A DNA stretch of 63,999 nt, filler included, from Sphacelaria rigidula (taxonomy: Eukaryota): the NCBI GenBank assembly GCA_964200075.2. It is 3 parts of 3 records of this genome, joined end to end, with 100 filler letters (N's around TTAATTAATTAA, not from the genome) between each part and the next. Parts side by side here need not be neighbours in the genome. Positions count along the whole stretch, not along the records: positions 21,642 to 43,173 come from CAXNAA020000410.1; 2 more parts are not named here. One strand, written 5' to 3'. Of the stretch, positions 25,174 through 40,100 are shown one piece after another. The stretch's first letter is position 1. Each line of letters opens with the position of its first letter. The translations under genes were made by a program, and so were the position numbers. The notes below the pieces were generated by a model, which ran no database searches, had not been told where the DNA came from, and saw only the letters and a program-made list of their open reading frames with translations.

Positions 25174-28100
25174 TCACGAGATTGATTGGTACGAAATGTC
25201 GTCCCATGGGTGACGGTAAAGGGGCTGCTTCAACCGCTTCTGGTCAAGGAAGTGGCCGATAAACCCGACTGATCTCCCGAGCACAAACATGCCGTTCAAG
25301 CACCCATTTGCGATCAGCTCATCCGCCTGCGCATGGGATGGAAAACATCAAGCGTGGGATCAGAGGGTGCTGACCCATGCAGGAGGGTGCTACAATGAAC
25401 ACCACAAGATCATAGACCGGGCACGACCTCCCTCGGGCAATCATCCCTCGAAGGAGCTTCATCCGCCGTCTTGCGATATACCCGACCAGAACGATCAAAA
25501 CTCATGCTTTCTTACTAAGCGACACTCAATGCGTGGGTTCGATCAGATACATGCAATGGTTCATGACTCATGGCGGCAGCGTGCCGTACTGAAAAGCCCT
25601 AGTTGTGAGGTATCGAAAATGAAATTGGTGCAGACAGTAGCACGTACGTCCGTGCTGCCGCTGCTGCAGAGTTGAGATCAGATGATCTGTAAACCCCACA
25701 ACAAGTGCGGGCAAAGCATGACAAGTGCCCGTTGAGCGCCCATTACCGCGCGACACAGTGTGCGACGTGGCATTCAAGGAACAGATAGTTTCATCAAACG
25801 CTGCTGACAAATCGTCAAGGAGGACACGTACCATGCTGCCCGGCCGGTACCGCGTTACCGTCACCCCTTGAGCATTTCGGGGACAGGATACATCACTCAC
25901 GTACGGTAGCGAGTCAAAATCTCTCGGCAGGAGTTAGCAGTTGAGCCAACTTTTTGGTACAAAACTGTGTGACACAAGAACTTCTAGCTTTACAAGGGCA
26001 CTCTCTGGTCAAGAATGTGTCTGGTTGATTTTCAATACGTTCCCCGTCATGCTCGTTCTTTTTCTTGCATCGGTGTATCGGAGGTGCATGCTGAGGTGCT
26101 CGACCGTCCTGCGGGCGACGGGTTCGGTCGGGTTATACCAATGGTTTAGCCAATTGCGACGGACGAGAAAACATCAAGATATCTCATGCGTTTGCATATT
26201 TCTGCGATAGGCGCCACTTCACTACTGCGATCCATGTCTTCCATGATCAAAATCCAACTCTGAGCTTTTTTCCAATATTTCTCCACGGCTAGGCGCACCT
26301 CCTCCTGGGTGAAGGCCCCACACGATCGTAGAAGGTCGACGAAGCACGCCGCAATACACCCGTCCACGTTGAGAATCAGCGTTTCCCTTTTCTTGGTCGT
26401 GACCTGCGACGTACGCGATAGATTGCAGTCTTCTGAGAGTGGCACTCTCACGGACGCATGACCGTGAAACACGACTCAACGAAGATGGGGGTGATAAAGC
26501 ATCAACCACGTTGCTGAGGGAAGGGGTGGGACGCTCTGCTGTTGCGTCAAGCACACGAATCATACGCAAATCCTGTACAAGACATGACATGCGACCGATT
26601 GTTGTGCACTCATGTGATATCCATGACGCACATCTGGCATGTGAATATACCACGTGTCCATCAGCTCATGGAAGGTACGGCCGTCCGCGATGCTGCATAC
26701 TAGTGTATTTTTCGACATAACGCACCTGCTCTACAGCCATGGCGAAGTCCAGGACCTTGTTGTTCTTGAAGTGCTTGAGCGCGTAGTCTTTGATGATCGT
26801 GACGCGCATATCCGGGTTGCTGAGAGATTTAATCCGGTGTCCAATGCCCATGATGAGCTTGTTTTGCTGGCGCATACGCTTCACGTATTCGGCCGCATCA
26901 CAGCCCTCATCAGCGCCCTGTCAAATAGGAACGTGTGTTGTAAGTCATGCAACATCACTTTTTTGAAGGTTTGACAGCCGAGCACCACCAGTTTACATAT
27001 TATTCGACAATTAGGAACAACGCCATGTCGCGTACCAACGCCGCTTGCCACACACCTGGGTAAACATTTCCGCGGCCTTATCGAGTGCACCTCCAAAGCG
27101 AGGACCAATGGTCAGCAGCCCGGAGCAGAGCGCAGACACCAGATCCTTGCCGGCGCGTGCTGTAACGATGGTGTTGTGAGCGCCAGATACAGCCGGGCCA
27201 TGGTCAGCCGTTACCTGGATTGTCATACGAAGAAGTGCACAAGGGACAGCGTTGATACAGAATCTGATGCGCCCGGCAAGGACGAGGAGGTCAGCAATAA
27301 AGCCACCACGACGTCAAGCTATACGATATCTGGAGGGACCGAAGAGTGAAGCATGCGATTATTTAGTGTGTAAGCGCATCCTGACCCCTGATCTCACCAT
27401 GAGGATCATCTCGATAAACTTGGTGGCGTAGTCGGGTAGTCGACGACGGAACCACAGCAAAGAGAGCACACCTCCCAATCCGATGTCAGCGTCGAATACC
27501 TCGCTTATCGGCATACCAGCGTAGCTGCCAGGAAAAAGAGAGATGGTACAGCCAGGTTAGGTACAAATGAAGACAAATGACTACAATGTCAACCCTGCTG
27601 ACCGCTGACTTACACCACTTTCCATCAGTATTCCGAGGATGTTCAAGAGCGAGCAAGAGATATCCGAGGCATGAATAGTCCACTTCCGTACATGATCCTC
27701 TTTCATGTACAAGACAGTAACCGCCACATCGACAGCAGGGAGGTGATATACCAAACTCATCAACTCGTGAGTATCTAGCCTGGTACTTCAAAGAATCACA
27801 TCAACCGACTCTGCAACACTGACCTTAGCTCGTCACCGCGGTCATCCGATATGGAGGAGATGAAGTTGGCCGGCTTTCGGACCAGACCTAGACGTTTTGC
27901 CCACGTGTAGTCCATGGGCACCTTCGGCACAGCGGGCTCCACCATTGGCTGGACTAGACCACTCTTCAACAGTCTGTTCGAGATGAGTCGAGGCAAACGG
28001 GGATATCAGGTAACTAGGCTCGAGAAATCCCAGAAGAAAACTCAAATGAATGGCCGGTCCAAGAAGCGGTGGTTGATGCGAGAATGAGGCACGAAACGTA

Positions 28101-31100
28101 GCTGGGACACGTCTGTTCCAAGACAACTTACCCTTCGTACACCTCCTTGATCTTAGAGGGGAACTCGTCGAATGAGACAGGAACGGTTGCGCCTGCCGCC
28201 GCGAGAGCTGCATTCTTGTCCGCCGCCGTCTCTCCTTGACCCCGTGCACACGCACCTGCGTGTCCGAATTGTACCTGAGCAGCATAGCACTCATGTTCGT
28301 TAAAACTTTGGTCAAATGCAGCGGGCGACGAAGGTCATTTGCCGCACATGTTTTTCTGAATGTGAAACGAATGAAACCGTCGCCTACTTTGTACATTCGC
28401 GGGATCTTCACATCCAAGTCGACGAGCGAAACGATTTCAATCAGCACGATTACATTTGTATAGGCATTCGAGGCAACACCAAGCGTATCACCTCGAAAGG
28501 GAAGATGGATGCGCACGTGCCGATGCACCATGCCACAAGGGGCTTGGTGATGCGTCCGCTCTTGAGGGCATCGCAGACGTCGTACTCGTCGGCGCCACCG
28601 ACCTCGCCGAGCAGCACCAGCATCTGAGCGAGTGAGCAACACAGCGCAACCAAGTTACGTGTGAGATCCGACACTTGTTGGGTGAATCCTGCGTGAATAA
28701 CTTGGTGAAACAAGTTCGAACAGCTCATGCCCTGCGAAACGCGTGGAGAAAACGTCCACCTGATTCGCGCGGTAAGGCTGGTCGGTCAGGGGTATGCACC
28801 CTGGTAAGTTATTGTACGAGTTTGATTGATCCCGTGCAACATGAAAAATTGAACGGATTGCAAGCCAGAAACCTTGGAAGAGATACCCGAGTCATACGTG
28901 CTCACGACCGAGAATCAATCAAGGACCAAAAAACAGTAATGCCCTCACATGGACATTTCATTTCATCAAGCTGGTCGGGAGCCAAACAAAGACGAGAAAT
29001 TATATATAAGCTAGAGACTTGAGTGTTGCACGCGTCTCGCAACTTTTCAAAACTGCAACGATTTCGCGTGCACAAAAGTTTGAGTGCGAAGTCCCAAAAT
29101 ACCTGTTGAACTACGAAGTTGTTTATTGGGCTCGTGGGTTAAAACGACCACTGCAGCATGTTTACCTCGCAACGTGTTGTGCTCGTCGTCCGTCACACGC
29201 CATACCCGTGTTTCTGGTCACCGCAAAAACTAGCTTGTTGTGTTACGATGTGCAACGCTTCTCGTATGCTCCACATGTGAACGCGTGCTACATGTACGAG
29301 TGAGCTTTGATGCTAGCCAATGACAGTACATGTCTGGTGGCTCTGGTGGCTCTCGACACGACCTGTTAGGGGCAGCTCACACCACGCTGGATGAGCGTGG
29401 GTCAAGCCGCTCGATTGCAAATGGTTGATGCTGGATGAGGATCCACGCCGCATGACTGTTTGGTGGGTGACTTGGGTGGGAGAACCGTGACTTACGAGGG
29501 GTGGCAAACGTGTTATTCACAAGTTCACCGATGACAAACGAACGGTACCCTCAGCTCGAACTAGTGCGAACGGAGTGTTTTGTCGAAATCAGGGCATCCT
29601 GTCACAATTTCACGTGTGCTTCATGAGGTGAATCGGAACACTACACACGTTGCTTACCGACACTGTGGGGTTGTCCTGGTAGCGCAGAAGATGATCGATA
29701 AACCGGGTGCCTGGGTAGCGGTCTCCTCCGATCGCGACACCCTCGTACACGCCGTCGGAGTTTCGGGCAATGATATTGTTGAGCTCGTTGGACATACCCC
29801 CACTCTTGGAGACGTATGCCACAGTTCCTGGTCGGTACAACTACACGCGAGGGTAGATTGCACGGACGGCTCTTAGTCAGGTCAACCTCACAACGTCAGT
29901 AAGACAGTCGCACAGGAAGTGGTGGGAACTGTTCCAAGGCTTGCACGCGATGTGTTCTACTCCAACGCGTTAACGCCAGATTTTTCTCAAACGCGAAACG
30001 TACCTTGGACATGACGATGTTGTCCAGCATACCCCCGGTGTTACCGATGCGCATGCACCCCGGCTTGATTCCACCAACTGTAGCTGGTCCAATGAGACCA
30101 ACCTGCGACAAGACACATTTCGACATACAGGAAATTTGGCAGGTGTAGCAAGACTTTCCGACTTTGGCCGAGGGAGAAGCGAGCGCAGAAGACGTGATAA
30201 ACGCAGAGGCGAGCATTTATTACATCATCGACACGTTTATAAGGATGGCCTGTCACGCCCCACAATATGTTCGTACCTTTTTGGCGTCTGCGGCCTTGAT
30301 GATCTCCCTCGTTTGGCTTTCCGGGACTCCCTCCGCGATGATCGCCAAAGTTCTGATCGTGTCGGAATAGTTGAGGGCGTCCATGGTGGTTTCGTAGACC
30401 GACCGGAAGGAAGAAAAATTTACCATCACGCTCACGTCCGGGTGACGTTTCACGGCTTCAGCGATGGACGTGTAGACAGGAATCAACGTTTCCGCCTGAA
30501 CAAATGCGTCAAAACGCGATCGTGTGAGGAGCAAACGATAAACGGAGTCAGACCATCGTTCCCGATTGAAAATCATTACCGAAGAGTTCAGGACAAGCAT
30601 CCTTTTGCTCAAGGACGATGGGCAGCTTTGTACTCAATCATGAACCGGCAATGCGATTTTTCCTCTCAGTGGACTTTCCTCTTATACTTGGTTGTTGTCG
30701 AACATAATTCTCCGTTTTAGTGTTGACACCGAAATCCGGATTAATCCGGGCCGTGCTCCTGGCAAGCGGAGAGTGCGTTTTCGTCCAAGTTGACGCCGCA
30801 GGTTCCGATTCGGGATCCGGCAACGCACACCTTGCATAGGGAACACTTGCACCCCCCTTGCCCCCGGGTTCTCAGCCAAGTGTGAGGGTTAGTGTTATTC
30901 GAGATGATGAATGAGAATTCCTTATCCACCAAGCGATCTAGCCTCGCTCTTTTTTACCCTTTTGGGACCGGGCCTTCAAAACGACCAATGAGGCTGGTCA
31001 GAAATGACTTGTCTGGCGCCTGCACGATACAGTGGCGTGCTCATGAAGATGCGCGCCTGTAACCGCAGGGTTATGACGCAGACCGAAAGTTCCATCCGAT

Positions 31101-34100
31101 CTTTCTTCAGGTGCAGGGTGCGCATGAGGGGGTGTACATTCTTTGTAGCAAGCAGTATGGGCCGCACGCCACTTTTGGCTTTGGATGATACTTTTGTCCT
31201 CATCACCTTGCCACACAGCCCCATCGTGGTCGAGGTGGGCCCATCGCAAATTCTCTTCGAAGGGTACTAGCATTGCGGCGCATGCATACAACAGTTGAGT
31301 ACGGTACAGAGTAGTCCACCTCTCTGACTAACGCAAAAGCTGCTGCTGCATACTCCCCTGCACGTTTTAGGCAATTCTCAGCTACTGAAATCAGCTGCCG
31401 ATACACAGCTTTGTCATCACCGTCCACTATATATGTGGACTGCACACTGCAAGTCATCGGCAGAGGGATGCCCAGAATTCATTACGGTGGCTTCATGTCC
31501 TTCCACGACCCACCTGGATTTCGTGCCTCGTGAAAATGACCACATTGCGACATGTACACTAAATCCCGTTCTTTTCCGGTCCACCTTGTGTTGGTGCACA
31601 TTAGTACGTTTCAGTATAAAAAGGAAGACCCGAAAAACACTCCGGACGAAGTAAAATGTTATACTGAGTGCAAGTAATATCATAGAACCAACCTGACACC
31701 GCCCTGCACTTGAAAACCTGGGGAGGCCTACCCTGGCCGGGGATACGGCCTCCACACCATCTCACCAGTGGCATCACACTCGCATACGATATCCGCGCTC
31801 ATCGTTCGGGTCTGGTCGATAAATTTAGCCTCGCCGTGACTGGGAAGGTCGCACGAAGACATTTTTCATTGTTTCACTAGCACAGCATCACCTCTTTGTT
31901 GAAGGGAATCCGGTCCGGAGAGGGTTGAAATCATGTCTGTGTTTCACCGGACATTCTACTCACCGTTCCCCAGTAGAACTTGATGTAGTGGTTACCCGAG
32001 AAGGGAAACACCATGCACGCGACGGACGGCTTTTGGCGCTTGCACATGAAGTCGAAATCCAGCATACCCTGCCAGTTTGAGCATCAACAGCATCCACGAA
32101 GCGTTGAGGCACAGATTTACCGACAATTCACTGTCTTGAGATACGACACCCGGTTGGCTCCACGCATCATCTAATGTCTTCCCCAGATTTCGTCACATTC
32201 GTGACCATAATCCATCATGACCATGGAAAAAACGATCAAGTGCTTGATCGCCCGAGTCGATACTGTGGCAATAGTAATGTGCCTCCGACATTTGTCATTT
32301 GTTTGAGCGGAATCTCCACTGACACACCTGGACGGCTCGGTTTTGCAGTCCGTAGACAATCGCAGTCGTGTCCGGTCCAAAGTTTTGAACCGCGTGTTCC
32401 GGACTTGCGGTGGCGACCGTCGATGCCGCGCTGCGGCAGCAGGCAAAACGATCATAGGACGCTGTGACTCTCACGAATGTGTGACGTGATGAAACGAGAT
32501 TTCAATAGTATGAAACAAGCACTCGAATCAAGATGCCCTCCCAGAAGCCTGACGAGATTACACTACCGAGACTGCAAACGTACGTTGAAGGGGCGGGGTG
32601 TTTCCCATCTTCAGCGGGCACAACTTGTGCCTCCACAGCTGTAGCGGGGGAGTCTTTTTTGACAGTCGCAGGAGTTTCCTGAGAGAACGCGGACAGCATC
32701 GAACCAGCAACGTCATCGAAAAGATCCGAGTTGGGCCGCTTTTCATGGACTGAAAAAAGTCTGAGAAAAGTAGTTTTGGTCAGTCTCCAGAGACTTTCTT
32801 CAGGACGCGACCTTATGGGGCAATTGTTTGTGAAATAGTCTCTGGAAACTGGCCACAATTTGCAGACAACGGGATTTCGACAAATCTCTTCGCGAAAAGC
32901 CATCGATTCGCAGAGACTTTGTCTTCGAATTGTCGTTTCATCACACATTCCTCGCACACCGAACCCGCAAGGGTACAGTCAGTGCTCCATCACAACAAAT
33001 TGCCCTCGGGAGGAGGAGGGGAGGGGGAGGGGGGCTCCATGTTCGAAATTCTACTCTCGACAGACCCTTGGTTGAAGACAAGATGCACCAAACGTTCACC
33101 TGTTCCGGCACTTGATCGAATTCCGGAACTGATGATCCGTCGACAAGGCCCAGAGCCATCGGCACCACAGCCGTGATGTGAGTCTCCGGCCCGAAGACGC
33201 GAATTGGAACGCCGATGGATTCGCCGGTCTCACGGATTTTGCGAAGTCCCTAGAATCAAGCACGGGGAGTAGTGCTGTTGACATGTTGCCGTGGTAAATC
33301 TCTCAGCACAGTCTCGGTCTGTCCCGTTCGTTAATATTCCGTGCGGCGAAGACAATTGCTGCACGAAGCGCGAGTTGAATGTGTTGTGCGTGTATGATAC
33401 ACTCTCAACCATCATTACGATTCCAGCCGGTATCCCAGCGTGAGCGCACCCACGCAAACGTCCGACCACATTTCAAAGTGCAAGAAAAAACGTGACGAAA
33501 CAAACGCAATGACCCGACAGACGCCGCGCCGAGGACCAACCCCGGGGGCAATGATGACTCGCCACGAATACACTCTACTTCCCTCGGCTTCCGGTCACTC
33601 TTCAGGGCACGAGTCGATTGAGTTCTCGAAAATGAAAAACACTTCATCTGAGCGGACGGTGCCCCGCACTCAATATTTCTTATACCCACGTTATCAGCAA
33701 CATGCCGGTGGATATTCGAAGCTCCTTGGTCTCATCGAATTGTGACCCTGTCGCTACTTCGCGCAAGACTCTGACGGTAAGGCGGACGCAGGGACGGCAG
33801 GAACAGCGGGGGGCAGGGCTGTTGGTTCCACACTTCGATCCGAGCCTCACCTCTTGGTAGTTGGGGCCAGCTCTCCTGACCCATATGGTGATGTTCCCCT
33901 CGCGGAGCTCCTGCTCGAACTGCTTCAAGGCAGTAATAATGCCAGTGAACGTGGCGGCCACGTCCGTGAAGTTGGCAATTCCTCCGCCAATTATGAGCAC
34001 CTAGATAGATCGAACGCATGCGACAAAGTTGTCGTGCGTAAGCTGCTGGGCACAGGTAGCCCGGCATGATTTCGTACCCGAAACAAGCGCTGCTCGGGCA

Positions 34101-37100
34101 GAGTACTTCGTACGCGGGAAGGTGCAAGCGCATGACATTATCCCCTTCAGTAAATCTCACGAAAACGAGCTGTGCTTCATCACTCCAGCAACATGCCGAG
34201 GCAGCCCCTCTTCACATATATTGCGATGTTTCACCTTGCCCTTCTCATCCTTGACTCTGGTCATCAAACTGAGGATGGTTTTCGCGTAGTTGTACGTCAT
34301 CTGTTCAGATGGCGCCCCGGAGTACTCTCCGTAGTTGGCCAGTTCCTGCAAGACGTCACGAGAAGTACATGATCAGGAGGCCGCATGATGTCATGTCAGC
34401 AATTAGTCATGATCAAGAGAGGAATCAATCCACTGACGCGGCATTTTGGGCCAGATATGAGTGACTTGTGGGGACCATCAATCTCTACAACTAGCCAGTG
34501 TGAAAGGAGGTAGCCCGGCTTTCGCTCACCTTCCCAAAACCGTAGTCCGATATAGTATCGGCGTACACCACAGAGGCCCCTCCCCCGGCCACCATGGTCC
34601 ACACTCGGCCGCTGTGATTGAGGATCGTGAGCTTGAGGGATGCGCCGGTGCTTCCATCGAGCTTCTTGATGTAAGCTTCCTCAGGGAACTCAGGACGACC
34701 TACGGGTGATATCGTGAATGGAAAGGAGAAGCGCAGCAGTCGAGGCCAACACCCCATTACGAGAACTTACTGTACAACGCATGTTCGAGACAGACAATGT
34801 GGAAACACTCAACGATGCTCCCATACCTCATACAAATTTGTTTATGGCACTGTTCATGACAACGGTGATTGAAAATGTGACGTTGCTCATGACCTTGTTC
34901 CATGACCAGACAGGTGTTCGTGTGAATGTGTACGTAGCATATTCAAGAGAAGGCTCACCGAACGGGGCGGGGAAGTCGATTTCCCCCCACTTCTGACCGC
35001 AGAGGAATGATGCCGTCTCGTCGATCTTGGCCGCCATATCCAAAGGAGTAACGCGCCCATCCACAAATACGATAGGATTGATCTCCATATACACGAAGTT
35101 CAGGTCGATGTACAACTTGAACAGCGCTGACAGAAAGTTCGAAAGGGGATCCTGTCGGCTCGCGGGTACCTGTTGGCGCACGTGCATGGATAGTTCATCC
35201 AGAAGTGGGAGAATAAAAAACAAGAGTCGCACTTGTGCGTGTTGACGTCTGGATGAAAATTAGCATCGAACGATGACCATCACCGACGAAGGCATGGGTT
35301 CGAACCCGACCGCATCGTTTCTGTTTTCACCAGTTTCGTTTTTCGTTCGAAACATGGGACTTCATTCGTAAGTGAGGTTCTTGGGTTATCCCGTCATTCC
35401 GAGTTCAGCTGAAGACACTCCACATCTCACTCCTTGCCCAACCCTCTCAGTCCCAGTCACCTGGCATAGCTTGTTGTGTCACGCGTGCTCTTCAGAAACA
35501 CGTGGAGAATTCAAGCTCACAACTATTCAGGCTCGCCCTCTCCAGCGACATCGTTCACATCACACAAAATACGGAACGCTCATCCACGTGCGATCGGATA
35601 GTTGCCACGTTCCACGTCCAACACCATACCAAGATTCCTTCATGGGCGGTGACATTTACACCCACGTCTTTGTAGGGATGTGACGGTTCACCTTTTGTAG
35701 CAACGCCTTCTTGATCGCCTCAGGTGTAGCTTCTTCCCCGATCACGATCTGCAGTCGTAACCAGCAACAGGGCATAAGGAAAATAATAAAGGTTGTGAGA
35801 CTATTTCTCAGGGATACTCTCCCCGCTCACATGCCTTCACACTCTCCCAAGGCATGAAGTTGCAAGGTACAGGCATGCTGTTCCCGGCACGACCCGTAAG
35901 GATATTTAAACGTGTGTGCAACTTGTATGGTGGGAAACGCCATCAGTGATGCATGCTTCAGCGCCGCCCGGCATGATTCAGTCACGTGCGCATTCAACAA
36001 AAAAAAAGTTGAGGATAACACCCGACCCTGGACCCATACCGCGAACGAACAATCTCTGAATGTCGTCTGCTGTGCCGCAAATAAGCACGAACTCCGCTCT
36101 GTCGCTCTCCATCCATTCGTAGCGGCATGAGCAAGTAGATTCGCAACCATGTCAGTCTGTAGTATTGAATATTCGAGTCTGTTTGGTGACTAGTGACGAG
36201 TCACGCCAAGGGCAGTAGGCTCTAGGGGGCACTTCAAGTCTTTCAGGCAGGTGATACAATTGCTGAAGAAGGCGCATGAAAAAATATCGCATTTCTACGC
36301 GGGTTTCAAGCACATTTTGAGCTCTTCAAAACATTTCAAGCTCCTTTGGAGCTCTTCGAAAAATAGCTTATTTGAGCCCGAAAACCCCATTTCAAGCTAC
36401 ACCTTAAACGCACTTACGGGGCTGAAGCCCACCTCGGACGGGGTCGAATGCCGGTTGCCCGGAGGCTCGACCAGACCGCCTCGCGGCAGCGATGTGGGGG
36501 TAGGCGCTCACGGCGTTGGGGAAGATTGGCTCAGGGCAGTGTAGGGATCATACGTACTTGAACTCTATCAAATTGGCGCAGTACGCGCGCCGAGCTACTC
36601 TGACGAGCTTTGGCTCTAGGGCCTATAACAGCAACAGTCCTGGGCGCAACTTCGACTGAAGGAGATACATGAACAGAATACCGGGTTGACTGGATAAGAT
36701 GGGTCCGTGGTTCACCGCCCCAGCTTCGTCGCATGACAGATTTCGCCCGAGTGGACACACACACTGGCCTCTGGCCAGCGGACGTGCGGTCACCATTTCT
36801 CATAATCTCTTCGCCGCCGCTTACACTACGGTGCCAGTACCCGTCGTGCGCAGACCAATTTACCATGTGCAAACTCTCATCAACCCACGATGCATGAAGT
36901 TTTGTACTCCTTGTACCGCACTTGGTCAAATCTCGTTGAATCTCAAGTTCTTGAATGTCAACAGTATGCACAACAGTGTTTACTGCTGGTACTGCACGAA
37001 CGACAGTTTGAACAGTAGTCTGTACTGTATGTCTCAACTACACGTTCGTCAAATATCACGGACATCCTCCTGTTGCAGACGGTACAGGACTGCACTGTTG

Positions 37101-40100
37101 TCTTCGTTGCACGTTCGTGAGACCATTTCCACATCCTCGTGTATGCAGACGCTACAGGACTGTGTTGACCGTCTTCTGTATGTTCGTCAAATCCTTTCGA
37201 CTTTGTCCTGTGTGCTCAAGGCCTGTCTCAGCACTTATATTCCGATCGAAAAAATGGGGCGGTGGAATCGATCTGAGCGAAATTTTCTCATTTTGATGCA
37301 GTTGGGTGCAGATGGATCTTCAAGCCTTGGATCCAAGGAAGATAAAATTCGTGAAACGGCACATGGTTACTCGTGTTCAGTGCAAACGATTATTGCCCTC
37401 AACTCACGAAAAAAAATTCTGGCGCTTCTTTGCAAGTCTTTCATGCCCCGTACACTGTCCATACCAAGTTAGATCCAACTTCTTACACTGACCGGCTCAC
37501 TCGCCTCTCTTAATTCGGGTCGGTAGAAATTCGGAACAGTATTTCGCAGGCCACTCGCCGGCCCACGAGTTGCTTTCGTGTATCGAAATTTTGTGTGGGC
37601 CCTCCCCAGGGCACTCTTGACAAAATTCAGTGGTTCAGTTTCTCCGATTCACTCCTTCACTGTTTGAGGGCGTTTTTAGTACGGTAAAGATCATTTTTCC
37701 ACGAGAACGCCCCAACCTTCATGAAAAAAAAAAATGAAGGCCCATTTTTATTTTTTCGGCACACTTTCGTGGTTCTCCACGCCAACTTTCAGATCATAAT
37801 TTTAAAAATTGAGCCGTAACATTGGGATGAGGCCCAGGAGCAACGTTCATGTCTCCTGCAAACTCACCAATGAGAACACGAAAAAATGAAAAACATAGAA
37901 AGGGTAACAAGCTGTTCATATTTCTGTTTTACACTAGCGGTTCACCACACGAAATTTCATGTAACTCTCAAAAACTGAGACGCTATATCCAGATTTAGAT
38001 AATCTGGTGCCTCGGCTCGTAACATATTGATTTCAGTCTGGAAACTCATGTGCGCCATATTTCGGGATAGATCACCAACTAGGTGAAGGCGAGGGTATCG
38101 ATCGTCCTCCCGTGCTCCAAAGATTGTCCACACCAAAATTCGTCATCCGCTGAGTGCATCGATCAGGGGGTTCATGGAGATTTAGTATGGACACCATCTC
38201 CGTCAGGTGTAGGAATTACTAGACATTAGGTTTAATCGGCGAGAAAATATGGGCCCAAACTTTCAAGCATATGAGCACCTTCCCCTTAGGTAGACCATTG
38301 ATGCGATATGCGGATCACGGCCCAAATCGTCTGTGTCGACGAGATGCTGCGTTTAGATTGTAAATCCGTTTATCGGCTGGCCCAGCTCGTGCGGTACGCG
38401 CGTGATTGTACTCATCCTACGAGTCTGTCAGCTAAAATTGTATCGAAACAAAGTCCTGATATCCGAGGGATAAGGCTGTGACTGATTCAAAACCAAAACA
38501 GCGGGGGAAGAAATATTTTACAGGAGCAGCAGGTTGATTGATCGCCGGGCGGCCCAAGGTGATTGTTCTTACGCAGCACATATATTTTGGAGGCGGAGAG
38601 AGCGTCAGCAGGTTGATCTGCATTCCACAGCGGCACCGCGCTGGTCCTAACGCTCACGCCTTCGTGGGTGGAATGCAGCTTCCTGGGTTGGCGGTCAGAG
38701 GGTCGACACTTCGTTTCCATACGTTGTTGTCCGAGGACGACTGTGACCAGTCTGCGGACAGAATGTCACAGATTTACTCCGCAGATCATACATTTTGGAG
38801 GTGATCCATACAGCACGTACCACATTTGGAACAGTTATTCTTCCCCGTCCGTTCATTTTCATCTCTCCAACCACATGCTGTAGGGAGCTACAACGACCGC
38901 CACGTTGTGATGTGGAATGGCCGTCATGAACGTACGACTTCATCCGTGACACGGTGGGGGAGCGAAATACGTCACAGGCGATTCCGACGACTGCTGCCCA
39001 CAAAACTTTACTGCTAGACGGGCAAACTAATGATGACGGAAATACAGTCGGTATAAGGGTCGACATACGACGAGATATGGCTATTACTATAGTGCCATTA
39101 GGAACAAAGCGGCGTTTGCGACGGAACAAAGTTTCCAGCTGCTGGGGAGATAACGTACGGGTATGCAGGCCTCATCGGGAGATGCAGCGCGATGAAAGCG
39201 GATAAATGTCCAAGTCACACCTGAAGCCTGTCGGCCTTGGCGTCCACGTCCCCAACATCCACGCCACCGTCGTGGCAAAATAGAAACTCCTCTCCTTCAC
39301 GGTTGGAATTGATGCACACGTAGTACTCGTCTGCCTGCTCGTGGGGCACGAAAGGCTCCACGATAAACGTGTCCAAAATGCCTTCGACCACCTCCACCTG
39401 TCGTGCCAAAGGAACCACTGCGGGAGCTCAACAGATGCCCAAATAACGTGCTGTACGCACGACAATGGGGTGACGGCTACGCTAGAGCGTGTTCACACTC
39501 AACATAGATAGAGGCGACGATGGCGAAAAGCGGGGATTGAAACGGGCAAATTGCGTGCCCCGACGGACGAAGGCGGAGAATCAAATTGCCAAGTCGAACG
39601 TGCTGCTGATTGCTGGGCTGGGATGCACACCCGGAGTGGAATTGCCACGCAGTCCATCTAATGCTAACCGCACCGTGCATGGGTGACCCTGCTGGAAATA
39701 GAGACGACGCACCCTCTCCATCAGATTACATTCCAACACATACCTCGCACCCCTGCATAACAATATACAGTGCGGGGATGTCTGAAACGCTCAACAGCAC
39801 GGCTGCCAGGGCAAAGCGTGTACCGTAAACCGTGCCGTTCCCTCAGGGGAAATTAGTACGTGACGAACTGGACGTACCTTTTGAATCTTTCCCATACGCT
39901 CAGAAATCCATTCTTTAACCTCGGGCCAGGTTTTGTTGACAGCAAGAAGACCAGCTTTCCCCCGGCGCTTGATCAGCTGATCAGGCTTGACAACAAGCGG
40001 GGTCGACATGAGCCAAGAGTTCTCCTGCTCTAATTTAGCGTAGCCGATATCAGCTCCGCCCTGAAGCATATCATGCTTCACCTGCCACATCGGTCAAGGG

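Noticed and set aside
27842-28642. 266-codon minus-strand ORF inside ACL
   Set aside because: It is an alternative-frame shadow running through ACL exons 16-18 and their introns.
35270-35320. tRNA gene suggested by the B-box GGTTCGAACCC (35297-35307)
   Set aside because: No A-box or cloverleaf could be built; at most a SINE remnant.
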